This document shows positions 50,510 to 64,000 of a stretch of 64,000 nt of DNA, piece by piece. Under the pieces are notes generated by a model. It had not been told where the DNA came from, made no database searches, and saw only the letters and a list, made by a program, of their open reading frames with translations. The position numbers were made by a program, and so were the translations under genes. The number at the start of each line of letters is the position of its first letter. Position 1 is the stretch's first letter. The stretch lies in assembly GCF_009914755.1 (NCBI RefSeq), contig NC_060927.1; one strand, 5' to 3'. The stretch comes from the human T2T-CHM13v2.0 reference genome, Homo sapiens.

Positions 50510-52562
50510 GTGGTTTTCTTGCTTTTGTTTTGAATACTTACTATTGTGCCAAAGACAATTTATAGAATCCTTTTATTGGTTATTTTCTCCATTTTCACAA
50601 ACTCTAAAGCTTAATCTAGTTTAATAAAAGAGAAAAAAGGTACATATAATATTTAAGATACTGAGTCTTTGATAGGAAAGCTGGATCCTTCTGTAAAGTG
50701 CCCTTAAGTCTTTCAAAATCCTGTCCTAATGAGTAAAATTAAGGAAATTTCAGGGTACATAGATATTATATTAATTGTATGGTAAAACAAATGTTAGTTT
50801 CAGTCTTTCCACATTAAGAAGTAGTAGTTGAAGCATTTTCAACGATGACGGGCTATACTTGTTTTGCCTCATAATAATAAATTTATAATAATGAAATCAC
50901 ATGGAATTGACACTAGCAGTATTTGTTAACAATTCTGAATTAAGGTTTTGCCAAGGTTTTGATCACTCAACCCTGTACTATTGAAATATTAATCAGGGCA
51001 GACTTAGCTTTCTAGTGCAAATACCTTGAAGGAGAGGGTAATTCCTAAATATACAGAGGTAACTTGACTGTCTATGTTGCATCCTGTGTCATCTCCCCAA
51101 TATTAATACTCAATAAGGTGTTTAATTTATATAAGACATCTAAAGCAGAACCACAGTTCCTTTTGGGAAAATGGCAAATGTTTAGGATGAAAGAACCTAT
51201 GCAAATAGTACCAAAGCATTACCACATAGTAGCTAATACACTCTATTAAATGTTACATATTGGAAAAATAAAACATGCAAGTCTTAAATATGACACAAAG
51301 CAAAGGTTAATGCTTCTTGGATTACATTTCTTGTTATCCGTGGGCTTATCATGGATATAAATAGTTAACTATTTTATTTGTATTATGTGACTGACAATGT
51401 CACTGAAAACCTGCACAATGCAGTTTTAGCTATGGATTCAATTAGCCTTTATGAAGGTTTTACCTGTGTAAAATGGGCATTTGGTGTGTTTAACCTATTA
51501 GGGTATATTTCTTTTTCTACTTTATAAGTAAAAAAAAAAAATCTAGAAGATAAGAGGTGTGTGTTAAAGCTGAGTGGGCTGGATTTTGGGTGGCCTTTTT
51601 AAGTCAAGACATTCTAAATATTGGGATGTTAGGTGATTAATGAATTCTGAACGTGGACCTCTTCAATTCTAAAATTTTCATTAAAAGCCTCCCTCACATG
51701 AACCTAAACCAAAGTACTCTTTTTGCCACTTTTCTGAAAGTTCAGGGGAAAAAAGTCAGTTCACACTTTTTATAATGAATGAAGAACATTTGCCTATTTT
51801 ATAAAAATGTGACTCAATGCTTACTTTTAAAACTGGATTTTTAAAAAATTGGATGGTATGGGTACCCTGTAATTTTATAATTATTCATCTAAACTTAAAA
51901 TTTAATATTTCTTCCTTTTAGAAAAAATCAATATGCTCCATACCACCATATACACAGACCATGTAGTGAATTTCCTGGGCTCTCCCACAGCTTTAGAGGT
52001 ATATTACTAGAGCCCTAGCCATTATCATTTTCCTCCATATTTTAAATTTGGGTAATACATTTCTGCTGGTATTAATAGTAGAATATACTATAATGTGGAT
52101 TATCTCTACTTCTGTGTTTATTTATTTGTTGCTAGACCCAACCACAGTCTTCTTTCCTTGCTTTCATCTTTCTCTACCCATGGAATATGTTATATGTATT
52201 TATACACTTTGTATTAATATGTTAGAAATCACAAATCTGTTTTGTACTTTTTATGTTATTAAATACTGCTTGTCAAACTTTTGCTTTTATACTAAATAAA
52301 ATTAGTCTTACTAGAAAATTTTTTAAAAATATTCTAAAAACAAGAAAAGCAACCTTACGGCTTCCCTGCTTTCCTGAAGCTTTTCTACTGAGTACATTCA
52401 CTTCAGACTATGTATTCTGGGTATTAATTCATGTGTCTGTATACTGAAAATATTTCATTCTGGTTACTTGCCTTTCAATTTACTTTATGGTTTTAATTTT
52501 TCAGTGTACCTTTAGTTACACAGAAGATTTAATCTTGACACATTCAAGTTGACCAATCTTTC

Positions 52563-53018
<456 letters not shown>

Positions 53019-54014
53019 TAGATGTTGAATTTCTCATGCTTTTGGGGGACATATTAAGATGATCATATGGTTTTCCTTCTTTAATCCATAATGTGGCATG
53101 TCGTGAAAACAAGACAAGTAGTCAAGACCTGCACATATCAGACCTGTTGAAACAGTATTTAATTTACTGGAGAAAGCTCAAAGGGACAGGGGTCAATAGC
53201 TCAAAGTGTGAGTCTCTGTGACACCATCCCACTCTGAAGCAGACAGGGCATAGCAATTTTTAAAGGCCATATGAGAAGTTCCATTAGAGGGATCTTGACT
53301 GTTGGCCTGTATAGCTTTTAATTAATAATTAGAGAAATACCACCTCATCCCCTGGCATGATCAGGTGCCAGAATACAGTATGATGTGGAAGAACTTTTAT
53401 TCCAGCACTATTCTGAAAGCATGGATATTCAAGGTTGATGAGATGTCCCAGCCCAACTGCATCCAGGCCTTATGGTTACAGCTTTAAGATAGTGCAAGAT
53501 AAGAGTAGGATTGACCATATCAGTACACATGATTAGACTAGCACCAGCTCCTTCTCTGGCATGATAAGGGTTGAAGGTGACAGTGGCATCCAAACATTGT
53601 GGTTGACCAAAATTGATTGCTGTAGGCTCTGGGCCATAGTTAGTTTCTATGGAGCTTTGTAGGACATCATATCTTTGGGAGGCTAGCCTGCAGGGGACCA
53701 TTCTTGGATTAATTGATTCTTACTCTTATTACCTATTTGGCCATGGTGAATTTTTTCTCTTAATATTCTAACAGATTTGATTTACTGTTTTAGTTAGGAT
53801 TTTAAAAATCTACTTTCCTAAGTGAGATTAACGTAACCTTTTATTTTCTTGTTTCTTACACTCTCTTTATCTGGCTTTTAAGCTTTTTTTTTTTTGAGTT
53901 AAATATATACATTGTATCCTTTAGCAACTTTAAAATTTTTGTTTCTATAGTTATATTTCTCATACAATTTATTTGTTTTCTCTTTTTGAAGAACCAGCTT
54001 TTGCTTTTGTTGAT

Positions 54015-54411
54015 TGTTATAAACTGAATGTTTGAGTCTCCCCTAAATACAAATGTTGAAACTCTGACCTCCAGTATGGCTAAATTTGGGGTGGAACTCC
54101 TAAGAAAGTAATTAGGAATAAACGCGTTCATAAAGGTGGTATCCTGATCTGGGAGGATTAATGCCCTTATAAGAAAAGACACCAGAAAACTCACTTCCTC
54201 TTTTCTTGCATACACGCCAAAGAAAAGCCATGTGAGGATCCAGCAACGAGGCATCAGTCCGCAAGCCAGAAAGAGAGCCCTCACCAGAAACAAAATCAGC
54301 CAGAACCTTTACCTTGAACTTCTAGTTTCTAGAACTCTAAGAAAATTAATAAGTTGTTTAAGTTATCCAGTCTGTGATATTTTGTTATTCCTCCCCAAGC
54401 AGACTAATAGA
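54015..54411 (+). mobile_element. MST/MLT1A-type MaLR LTR
   Basis: TGTTATAAACTGAATGTTTG...GAACTTCTAGTTTCTAGAACT...AGACTAATA. Confidence 0.8.
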
Positions 54412-55858
54412 TTCATTGTGTTTGTTTTTTCCTTGCTTTTTAGTTTATTCATTTCTCTTATACATCATTTTGTAAAGTTCAAGGTGCATCCTATGAAAAA
54501 TTATTAGCTAAAGTTTGCCTCACATTAATATTTATTTTTTATTATTTTGATAGCCTATCCATTTAAACAATTTTGATGGTCAAATTTAAAATATCTGTGA
54601 TATTGTATTGATTCTTTTAAAAATAAATAGCCTTTTATATTTCTATTTTTATGAGTTAAGGTTATATGATTATAGATATTCTAAAATGCTCTACTGTTTA
54701 TTAAGCCTATGTTTTATAGGATACCTGTTTTCTCTTGTTGGATTTGTTTCTTCTCTTTTATTGTTGGCTCTTCTCTTTGATTTTTGTGATTGGGTGATCA
54801 ACTGTATTTTAGATTCATTGTTAGTCTGTTTATGAGTTCTCTGCTTACTTTAGTTTTTCTCCAAAAAGGAGAAGGAGAATTGGTGGGGCAGACTCCTGGA
54901 TAGGGTGAGCCAATAGCTTCTTCTGAGCAGTAAAAACTTCCTGTTCCTCCTGAATATCAGTAGACTACCGAAGGTCCTGTTTTCCCCCTTCCGCCCAGCA
55001 TCAGCTCTCTCTGCTTTACCTGGCAACAGGCATCTCTGTTGCTTTTTCTTGGCCAAAGAGAGATTACCCTATATGCTGTTACTTCAATACTCAAACCAAT
55101 CACTCTTGGTTTTCCCAGATCCCTCCAATATTCACTATCTGTCACTTGTAGGCTTAGCAAACCCTTGGACCACCTCTCATCTTTGTAGGCGTTTTCTTCT
55201 GTGCATGTTCTGCACATGGTTTTCTTCTCTTTGTTCCCATCTGTCTTCTTTCATGGAAGGATTCCCCATCATTTCTACAGATCTGAGGGTACTATTTTTT
55301 TAAAAAATTATATATTTTAGAAGATATGAAAATTTACTCTTCTGTAATTTCCTGGCACTTGAAGTGAGATGCGAAGGCTCTGGCAAGTATTTAGTCATCT
55401 GTCTTAAACCAGTCTCCAAGACAGTTACATTTTAAAAATTGTTTTATTTTCATATAATTTCAGAGTTACAGAAAAGCTGCAAAAATAGTAGAAAGACTTC
55501 TCAGTTACTCTACATCCAGTTTTTTCAAATATTAACATTTTATTAGATTTGCTTTATTTATCTTTATGTTTTTGTGTACATCTATCTACTCTATCTGAAT
55601 CATTTAAGAGGAATAATTTAAGAATAAGTTGCAGTGATATCATAAAAAATGGCAGAATAGGAAACTCAAAATAAAAGCTGTCTGCCCACTATAACAATGA
55701 TTAAACTGGCAAAATCTTTCAGAATTGACTTTTTTGGCGCTCTGGAATGTAATTTTAGAATCTAACCAAAAACTTAGTAACACCCAGAAGAGTGTGCAAT
55801 AAAGAAGGAAGCTGCTAGATTTCAGTAAGAGAGTTTTATGGCATTTTCACTTACCTTC

Positions 55859-58022
55859 TTCATTAGTCAGGGTTCTACAGAGAAACAGAATCAAGAAAAT
55901 GTGTATGTATAGAGAGAGATTTATTTCAAGCAATTGGCTCATGTGATTGTAGAGGCTTGGCAAATCCAAAATATGGTGGGGTAGGTTAGCAGGCTGGAGA
56001 CAGAAAAGAGTGGCAGTTTGAGCCGAAAGGTAATCAGTCTAATGGTATAATTCCTTCTTGCTTGGGGCAGGTCAGTCTTTCTTTTATTAAGGTCTTCAAC
56101 TGAATGGATGACGCCCACCTACATTGTGGAAGACAACCTGCTTGACTCAGAGTTCACTGATTTTAGTGCTAATCTCGTCCAAAAACACCTTCACAGAAAT
56201 ATCCAGAATAACATTTGACCAAATATCTGGGCTCTGTGGCCTAGCCAAATTGACACATAAAATTAGCTATCACAAGTCCCCCCCTTGTCAACCTGACACC
56301 CATACACATCTCCTTAAACAATACTTAATCTGCCACTAAAGACTCTAACAAGATCGTACTTTTGCCTAATATGATACAACTATGTTGCATACAACTGAAA
56401 ACACACTAATCCTTTTTCCAGAAGAGGTTGCAAAGTCCATGTGTGATGTTTGCCCTTTTCCTAGATATCCTGTAACACAAATACTTTGATGTAAAGTTAA
56501 TAGTACTTAAATACTATGACATAAAGTCAGTATATCTTATATTACAAGATAATGGGATATTAGGGGAAGAAAACAAAGATATTTGGCTTATACTCACATA
56601 TATTCATAATAAAATAAGGAAGAACTACTCATGACAATTAAAATTCTCATTTCTGTAACTGGTCATGTAGTCATAACTGGCACCTTCTGCCCCTACCTAT
56701 TTTGTATTTTCTTTGCACCTTCAGCCAGCATCTCAGCTGATAACCCAGTCCTTCATTCTTGAGTGATGTGGGCCATTAAGTACTCCTGCCTGTTTTGGGT
56801 TATTATAATTTTCTCTTAACTTTAGTCACAGTACGTGGTAATACTGAGATGCCCTAAAGGATTTCTCTTGTATTGCAGACATACTGTTTCTCTTCCATTG
56901 TGAAGCAGTATCCCAGTTTCTTTTTGGAAGTCAGGATCAATCAACTGATCCATCACAGCTCCCTTCTTTGTTGATTTAGATCAATAAGGAGCCCCTCAGC
57001 CTAAACTTCCAGTTCAATGGAATCATTGTTGTGTCTCCTAGTGGAAGCATTTTTCCCTCTGGAACTAAGACCTCTAGGCCGACAGAGCATGGCATCTTGG
57101 GAACAGGAAGCAAAAATGTTACTAGTGGGCCACTAGGGGTAATAGTGAGTAGTGATACTCCCATTGCCACCCCTTGATTCATGGATACAAGATATAAGGG
57201 TCCCCTTCAGGGCAGACCTAGAAGCTTTCAGATCACTGATGGAGAACTTGAGCTAGAAATTTGAGTCCCTGAGCTCATCCTTTTTCTTTTTTTTCCATCA
57301 CTTTGTCCAATAACATGAGGAAGAACCATCCAATCTCATTATACTCATTAGTTTGACAAAAATGTTTGAAGATACTATATGCATGGTTGCCCAGATCTTG
57401 GCTTTTATAAGTGCTTAATTAGGAGCATCCATTGGTGATATTTTGCTTACCTCTATTGCCATATCATGCCATGGACTAAAATTGCTCTCTTTAGTAATGG
57501 AAATGGAGTTATTAGTGTCTTTAAATCTAATCAGAGACCAATTACAGAATTCCCAGAACCAATTTAGGAAACGCATCCTTAAGATTTTGTTCTTTTAGAA
57601 CAATTCCCAGTACCAGAATCTGTCTTAGAGTTCTTCAGAGAAACAGAACCAATAGGACATGATATATTTATAAAGAGAGATTTAAGGATACATCTCATGC
57701 AATTGTGGATACTTGGCAAGTCCAGTTTCTGATGGGGGAGGCCAGTGGGCTGGAGACTCAGGGAAGAGTTGCAGTTTGAGTCTAAAGTCAGTCTTCTGGT
57801 AAAATTCCTTCTTACTCAAGGGATGTCAGTGTTTTTGTAATTAAGGCCTTCAACTGACTGAATGAGAACCACCCACATTATGGAAGTTAATCTGCTTTAC
57901 TCAAAGTTCATCAATTTTAGTGTTAATCTTATCTGAAAACACCTTCACAGGAATATCCAGAATAATGTTTGGTCAAATACCTAGGCACCATGGCCCAGCC
58001 AAGCTGACACATAAAATTAACC
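55859..58022 (-). mobile_element. Internally deleted ERVL provirus with two MLT2 LTRs (5' LTR 58022-57621; 3' LTR 56274-55859)
   Basis: Two co-oriented MLT2 LTRs. ERVL start GATTCTGGTACTGGGA after the 5' LTR; PPT AAGGGGGGGACT before the 3' LTR. Integrase/dUTPase remnant NQGVAMGV...GLEVLVPEG...TMIPLNWK (56976-57182). Confidence 0.88.
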
Positions 58023-58449
58023 TTTTTTGACATCCTCCATTTCCCAGTTTACAGATGGCCATGGGAATGTCAGCCCACATTCTTGATGTGAGTTGCTAGT
58101 GCCAGAGAGGGCAACACAACAAAGAATATCATCTTCACAGAGTAAAAGTGCGGATGTGATCCCTCTTACTACTTCATGGTGTATTTCAAAAAACAAAGAA
58201 TTATTTTTATTATTACTTAACCATAATGTAGTTATCAAAATCAGCATCTTAACATTGATGAAATACTATTACCATATGAGTATGTCTTAAAAGTACTTAT
58301 TACAAATTCCAAAATTTCCTACCCAAAGTTTTTACCAAATTTATGCTTTTGTCAGTGATATATCAGAATTTCAAATAATTCTTTATTATTTTAAAAATGT
58401 GGGTATTATATAGTTTTAAATTTGCTAGATTGATGTATAACTTCTTCAG

Positions 58450-58569
58450 ATTCATCCCAGTAGAACGCCTGCCTCTTTAGTGACTACAGACCTCACTTCC
58501 CTTCTCTGGAGTTTTGGAGTCTATTTTCTTCATGGAATTTTGCTAGGAACAAAAGAAAAGTCTAACTCC
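58450..58569 (+). other. ZCWPW2: ZCWPW2 5'-UTR exon 2 (120 nt)
   Basis: Unique sequence bounded by CTTCTTCAG| and |GTAAGT. Agrees with my recollection of the ZCWPW2 5'UTR. Confidence 0.7.
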
Positions 58570-59799
58570 GTAAGTACTTGAGAAACTCCAAAATGTTTTT
58601 CTCTAGTACATAAGCATTTTTATTCCCATCACTGTTCTCTATTGCATATATGCAATTTTAAAATGTAAAAAAATTCACCTGTATAACTTCTCTATGAAAT
58701 AATAATTTTTCAGATAAAATTAAAATACTAGGAGGTTAAATGACTTTCCCAAAGTTAGCCACAAATTAGAAGGTTGTGGAATCTTCTTACACTTTCTGAC
58801 TTTGAAGTGGATAACATCATTTTGGGTTGGTTAGGTGGAAGAACAGTGAAACACTCTATCAACATTTGCCAAAGGGAATTCATATCTGCTGTCTTTTGTT
58901 TTAAAGACAGTGATAAAGGCATCTTTCATGAGAGATGAGAGGTACCAGGCTAGACTAGGGCCCCAGATAGGGATTGAAGGTGATGAAGTGTCCTGGATGT
59001 TAATGATTGACAAGAAGCACAACTTTTAGACTAAAATTATTTTCAAGTTAAGGGAGATTACATAAGAATTGGAGATAGAATAAACTTGAAGCCCAGCACA
59101 TACTGCAAAGTAGATAAGGTTTTTAGCAAGTCTTCAGAACTAACAAGACTTAATGACACAGTTGTGATCAAAGGGTGACTGATGAAATTTGTAGTCTGAT
59201 ACATGGTTAAAAAGAACATAGAAGAGGATATAGCAGGCAGTCATGCCAGCAATATGGAGCACTACATGATTCCAGCCTTCAGTTCCATCAGTCCCCTCTC
59301 CCTGCCACACACACACACACACAAAGCCAATGAGACAGCCACCCATGAATGAAAATAGCCCTGGGAGGGCTCAGGAGTCCAATTAACAACATCCAGCAAT
59401 GCAGTGGAACAAATAATAGACAATATTCTGAAAGAATAATTGCAGAAATGGGCATACCTGAAATGCCTGGAGATGGCTAGGGATACAAAAGAAGGGCAGG
59501 GGCTACTAGTATCAGCAGTGTGGCTTATGCTACCACATGGCAGCCCCTGTGGAAGCCATGGACACCTTGCAGTTTTCACGGAATCCTCTTAGTGTTTGTC
59601 AGCATGACCTCTAATGCTCTGCTCCACAGAGGATACTGACAGCTTTCACAACTGAGGTAACCAATAACATTGCCACTGCAGACACCCAGAGAGGGAAATG
59701 CTTTTGGGTCCCTCACCCTCATCCCCTAAGAAGGAGCCACTATTTTGCCACCCCAGGACCAGGCCACCACCCACCCAACCCAGTGCATGCCCCAGCCCC

Positions 59800-62700
59800 T
59801 AGAGAAAGACAGGAAGAAAGGAGCAAAGGACCCACAAAACAGCCAGAAAAAATTTAACAAAATGGCAATAGTAAGTCCTTACTTACTGTTTGCTATTTAC
59901 CCATCAATAATTACATTGAATGTCAGTGGATCAAATTCTCCAATTAAAAGACATAGAGTAGCTGGATGGATTTGTTTTAAAGAAAGATCTGATAATATGC
60001 TGCCCATGAGACTCACTTCAGCTTTAAGGACATATAGACTGAAAGTGTGGAAAAAGACATTTCATGCAAACAGAATCCAAAAGAGGCCAGGGCTACACAT
60101 ATTAGACAAAATAGACTTTAAGTCAAAAACTGTAAGATGAAACAAGGTCATTATATAATGATAAAAGAGTCAGTTCATCAAGAAGATATAACATCCATAA
60201 ATATATATGCACCCAACATCATACTACCTAAATATATAAGGCAAATATTAATAGATCTGAAGGCAGAAATAGACAGGAATACAATAGTAGTAGGGAATTT
60301 CAGTACCCCACTTTCAACAAGGGAGAGATCATTCAGACAGAAATCCAATAAGGAAACACTGAACTTATACTACACTTTGGACCTAATGGACCTAACAGAA
60401 ATGTAGAACATTCTATCCAACAGTAGCACAAAACACATATCCTTCTCACACATGCACAGAACATTCTCTAGAGTAGAGATAATATGTGAGGCCATAAAAC
60501 GAGTCTTAACAAATTTAGGAAGATTGAAATCATATAATTTCTGACCACAATGGTATAAGATCAGGAACCAATAACAGGAAGAATATTATAAATTCACAAA
60601 ATGTGGTAATTAAACAACATGTCCCTGCACAACCAATGGCTCACTGAAGAAATCAAAAGTGAAATGAAAAAAAAATATTTTGAGATAAAGAAAAAGATAT
60701 CATACCAAAACTGATGGGCTGATACAAAAACAATACTAGGAGAGAAAAATTTATAGCAATAAATACATACATGAAGAAAAATGAAAGAGTTTAAATAAAG
60801 TTTACACCTCAAGGAACGAGGAGAAAACAAACAGCCCAAAGTTAGCATAAGGTGGGAAATAAAGATTAGTGCAGAAAAAAAAATAGAGATTAGAAATATA
60901 CTAGAAAAGATCAAAGGAGAGAAGATCAAAGAAACTAAAACTGGTTTTTTGAAAGGATAAACAAAATTGACAAACCTGTAGCTCAACTAAGAAAAAGGAG
61001 AGAGAAGACTGAAATAAAATAAGAAATGAAAAAGGAGACATTACAACAGATACCATAGAAATACAAAGGATCATAAGAAACTACTATGAACAATTATATG
61101 ACAACAAATTGGATAAGCTGGAAGAAGTGGATAAATTCCTAGAATTATGTAACCTACCAAGATGGAATCATGAAGAAATATAAAATCTGAAATAGGCTAA
61201 TAATAAGTAAGGAGTTTGAATCAGTAATCAAAATTTCTCATCAAAGAGATGATAACTTCGCTGCTGAATACTACCAAATATTTAAAGATGAATTAATATC
61301 AATCCTTCTTAAATTCTTCCAATAAATTGAAAAGGAGGAAACACACTTCTAAACTCATATTACAACATTAGTGTCACCCTTATACCACAATCAGACAAGG
61401 ACACTACAAGAAAAGAAAATTACAGGTCAATATCCCTGATGAACGTAGACGCAAAAATCCTCAACAAAATGCCATGAAACCAAATTAAACAGCACATTAA
61501 AAGGATCATACACTATGATCAAATGAGATTTATCTTTGGGATGCAAAGATGGTTCAACATATGCAAATGAATAAATGTTATATGCCACATTGACAGAATG
61601 AGGAACAAATATTATATGATCATCTCAATAGATGAAAAAAGCATTTGACAAAATTTAACATCAGTTTATGATAAAAACTCTTAACAAAATAGATATAGAA
61701 GGAATGCACTTCAACATCACAAAGGCTGTGTATCACAGTTGTATGGCTAACATCATACTCAGTGGGGAAAGGTCTAACGTTTTTCTCTAACAAGACAAGC
61801 ATACCCACTCTCACTCTCACCACTTCTGTGCAACATACTAGAAGTTTTAGCCAGAGCAATTAGGCAACTAAAAGGAGTAAAAGATATCCAAATAAAAAAA
61901 GGAAGATGTAAAATTATCTCTGTTTCCAGAGGACATGACATTATGTATAGAAAACCCTAAAGACTCCATCATAAAACTGTTAGAACTAATAAATTTACAA
62001 AAGATACAGGTTATAAAATAAATATAAAAATTAGTTATGTTTTTGTACACTAACAAGAGCTATCAAAAAAGTTATTCAGAAGAAAATCCCATTTACAATA
62101 GCATCAAAAAGAGTAAGATCCTAGGAATAAACTTAACCATGGAGATGAGAGATCTGTACACTGAAAACTATAAAACATTGATGAAATAAATTGAAAAATA
62201 AACAAATGGGAAGATATTTCATATTTGTGGATTGGAGGAACTAATATTGTCAAAATATACTTATGATCCAAAACAATCTACAGATTCAATGCAATTTCTA
62301 TCAAAATTCCAGTAGCATTTTTCACAGAAATAGACAGTAAAATCCTAAAACTCCTTTGGAACCATGAAAGACTCTAAATTTATAACAGAAGCAATCTTGA
62401 TCAAGAAGAACAAAGCATCACACTTGCTGATTTGAAATTATATTACAAAGCTATAGTAAGCAAAACAGTATGGTGGCATCATAAAAATAGACATATAAGC
62501 AAGAGGAAGAGACCAGAAATAAACCCATGCATATACAACCAATGGATCTTTCACAAAGGCAGCAAGAATACACAATGGGGACAAGAATAGTGTCTTCAAC
62601 AAATTGTCTTAAGAAAACTGGATATTCACATGCAAAAGAATTAAATTGGACCATTATCTTACATCATACACAAAAATCAACTCAAAATATATTAAAAAAT

Positions 62701-63970
62701 GAGACATAAGACCCGAAACTATATAACTCCTGAGAGAAAATATAGGGGAAATCTTTATAACATTTGTCTTGGCAATAATTTCTTGGATGTGACACCAAGT
62801 GCACAGGCAATAGAAGCAAAAATAAAGTGGGACTACATCCAATTAAAGTGTATCTGCTCAGCAAAGGAAACAATCAACTGAGTGAAAAGGCAGCCTATGG
62901 AGTGGGAGAAAGTATTTGTAAGCCATACATCTGATAAGGGGTTAATATCCAAAATTTGTAAGGAATTCATACAATTCTGTAGCAAAATATCAGATAATTT
63001 GGTTAGAAAATGAGCCAACGACTTAAGTAGGCATTTCACCAAAGAAGACATATGAATGTCCCACATACATTGATGTTGAAAAGATGTTCAACATCAATAA
63101 TCATCAGGGAAATGCAAATCAAAACCACAATGAGATAACTCTTCATACCTGCAAGGGTGGCTATTATCAAAAAAAGCAGAATGTGTTGGTGAGGATGTGG
63201 ATTGGCATCCTTTTGCACTGTAATGTAAATGGGAATGTAAAATGGTACAACTGTTGTGGAAAACAGTATGGAGTTTCCCCAAAAAGTTAAAAATAAAACT
63301 ACCATGTATTCCAGCAATCTTACTTCAAAGGTATTTATCCAAAAGAACTGAAAACAGGACCTGGAAGAGGTATTTCCAATCCCATGTTAACTGCGGTGGC
63401 ATTCACATTAGCCAAGAAGTGGAAACAAACTAATGTCCATCAACAGACAAATGGATAAAGAAAATGTGGCTTTTACATACAATGGAATATTATTTAGCCT
63501 TAAAAAGGAGAAAATCTTGTCATTATGACAGCTGAGTAAGCCTGGGGTACATTATGCTAAGTGAAATAAGCCAGACACCAAAAGGCAAATACTGTACGAT
63601 CCAATTATATTTAGAATTTGATAAAGTTGTACTGATGGAAACAAAGTAGAAGGGTGGTTACCGGAGGGCTTGGAGTGAAAAATAGGGAGATGTTGATCAA
63701 AGAGTACAAACTTGCACTTATAAAATCCTTAAGTTATAGAGACCTAATGTACAGCATAGTGACTATATTTAATAATATATACTTAAAATTCGCTAAAATA
63801 TTAGGTCTTAATTTTTCTTATCAGAAAAAATAATAGATAACTATGAAAGGTGATTGGTTTATTAACTTGATTGTGGTAAGTATTTTGCAATGTATCTATG
63901 TCAAAACATCATGTTATATACCTTGGTATATACAGTTTTTGTCAATTATACATCAATGAAGCTGGTAGAA
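59800..63970 (+). mobile_element. Old L1MA/L1MB element, nearly whole degenerate ORF2 plus 3'UTR
   Basis: EN motifs (IITLNVSGSNSPIKR, NIYAPN, VGNFSTPLS), RT remnants, terminal GTCAATTATACATCAATGAAGCTGG. Confidence 0.9.
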
Positions 63971-64000
63971 AGGGCAAAGGAGCTGATAATGCAGCAGGGT

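Overview
This is human (or great-ape) euchromatic DNA, recognised as the AZI2/ZCWPW2 head-to-head locus (3p24.1 from memory). The minus strand carries AZI2 (NAP1/TBKBP2): non-coding exon 1 and coding exons 2-6, with the gene continuing past the left edge. A CpG-island bidirectional promoter lies at about 16.55-17.55 kb. The plus strand carries two 5'-UTR exons of ZCWPW2 separated by a ~41-kb, repeat-dense intron; its coding exons are outside the window. There are no prokaryotic systems, CRISPR arrays or RNA genes. The most interesting structure is in ZCWPW2 intron 1, where two independently inserted L1PA elements sit tail-to-tail. They share an 862-bp tract that is 99.3% identical and carries the same disabling mutations, indicating non-allelic gene conversion and a potential inversion or dsRNA substrate. 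The full-length copy also carries a 3' transduction and an antisense promoter/ORF0 pointing at ZCWPW2 exon 2. Other items are a candidate intronic-polyadenylated AZI2 isoform lacking the TBK1-binding region, a two-LTR deleted ERVL provirus, and several template-switch micro-inversions. Repeat subfamily names come from recalled consensus sequences and should be confirmed with RepeatMasker/Dfam.
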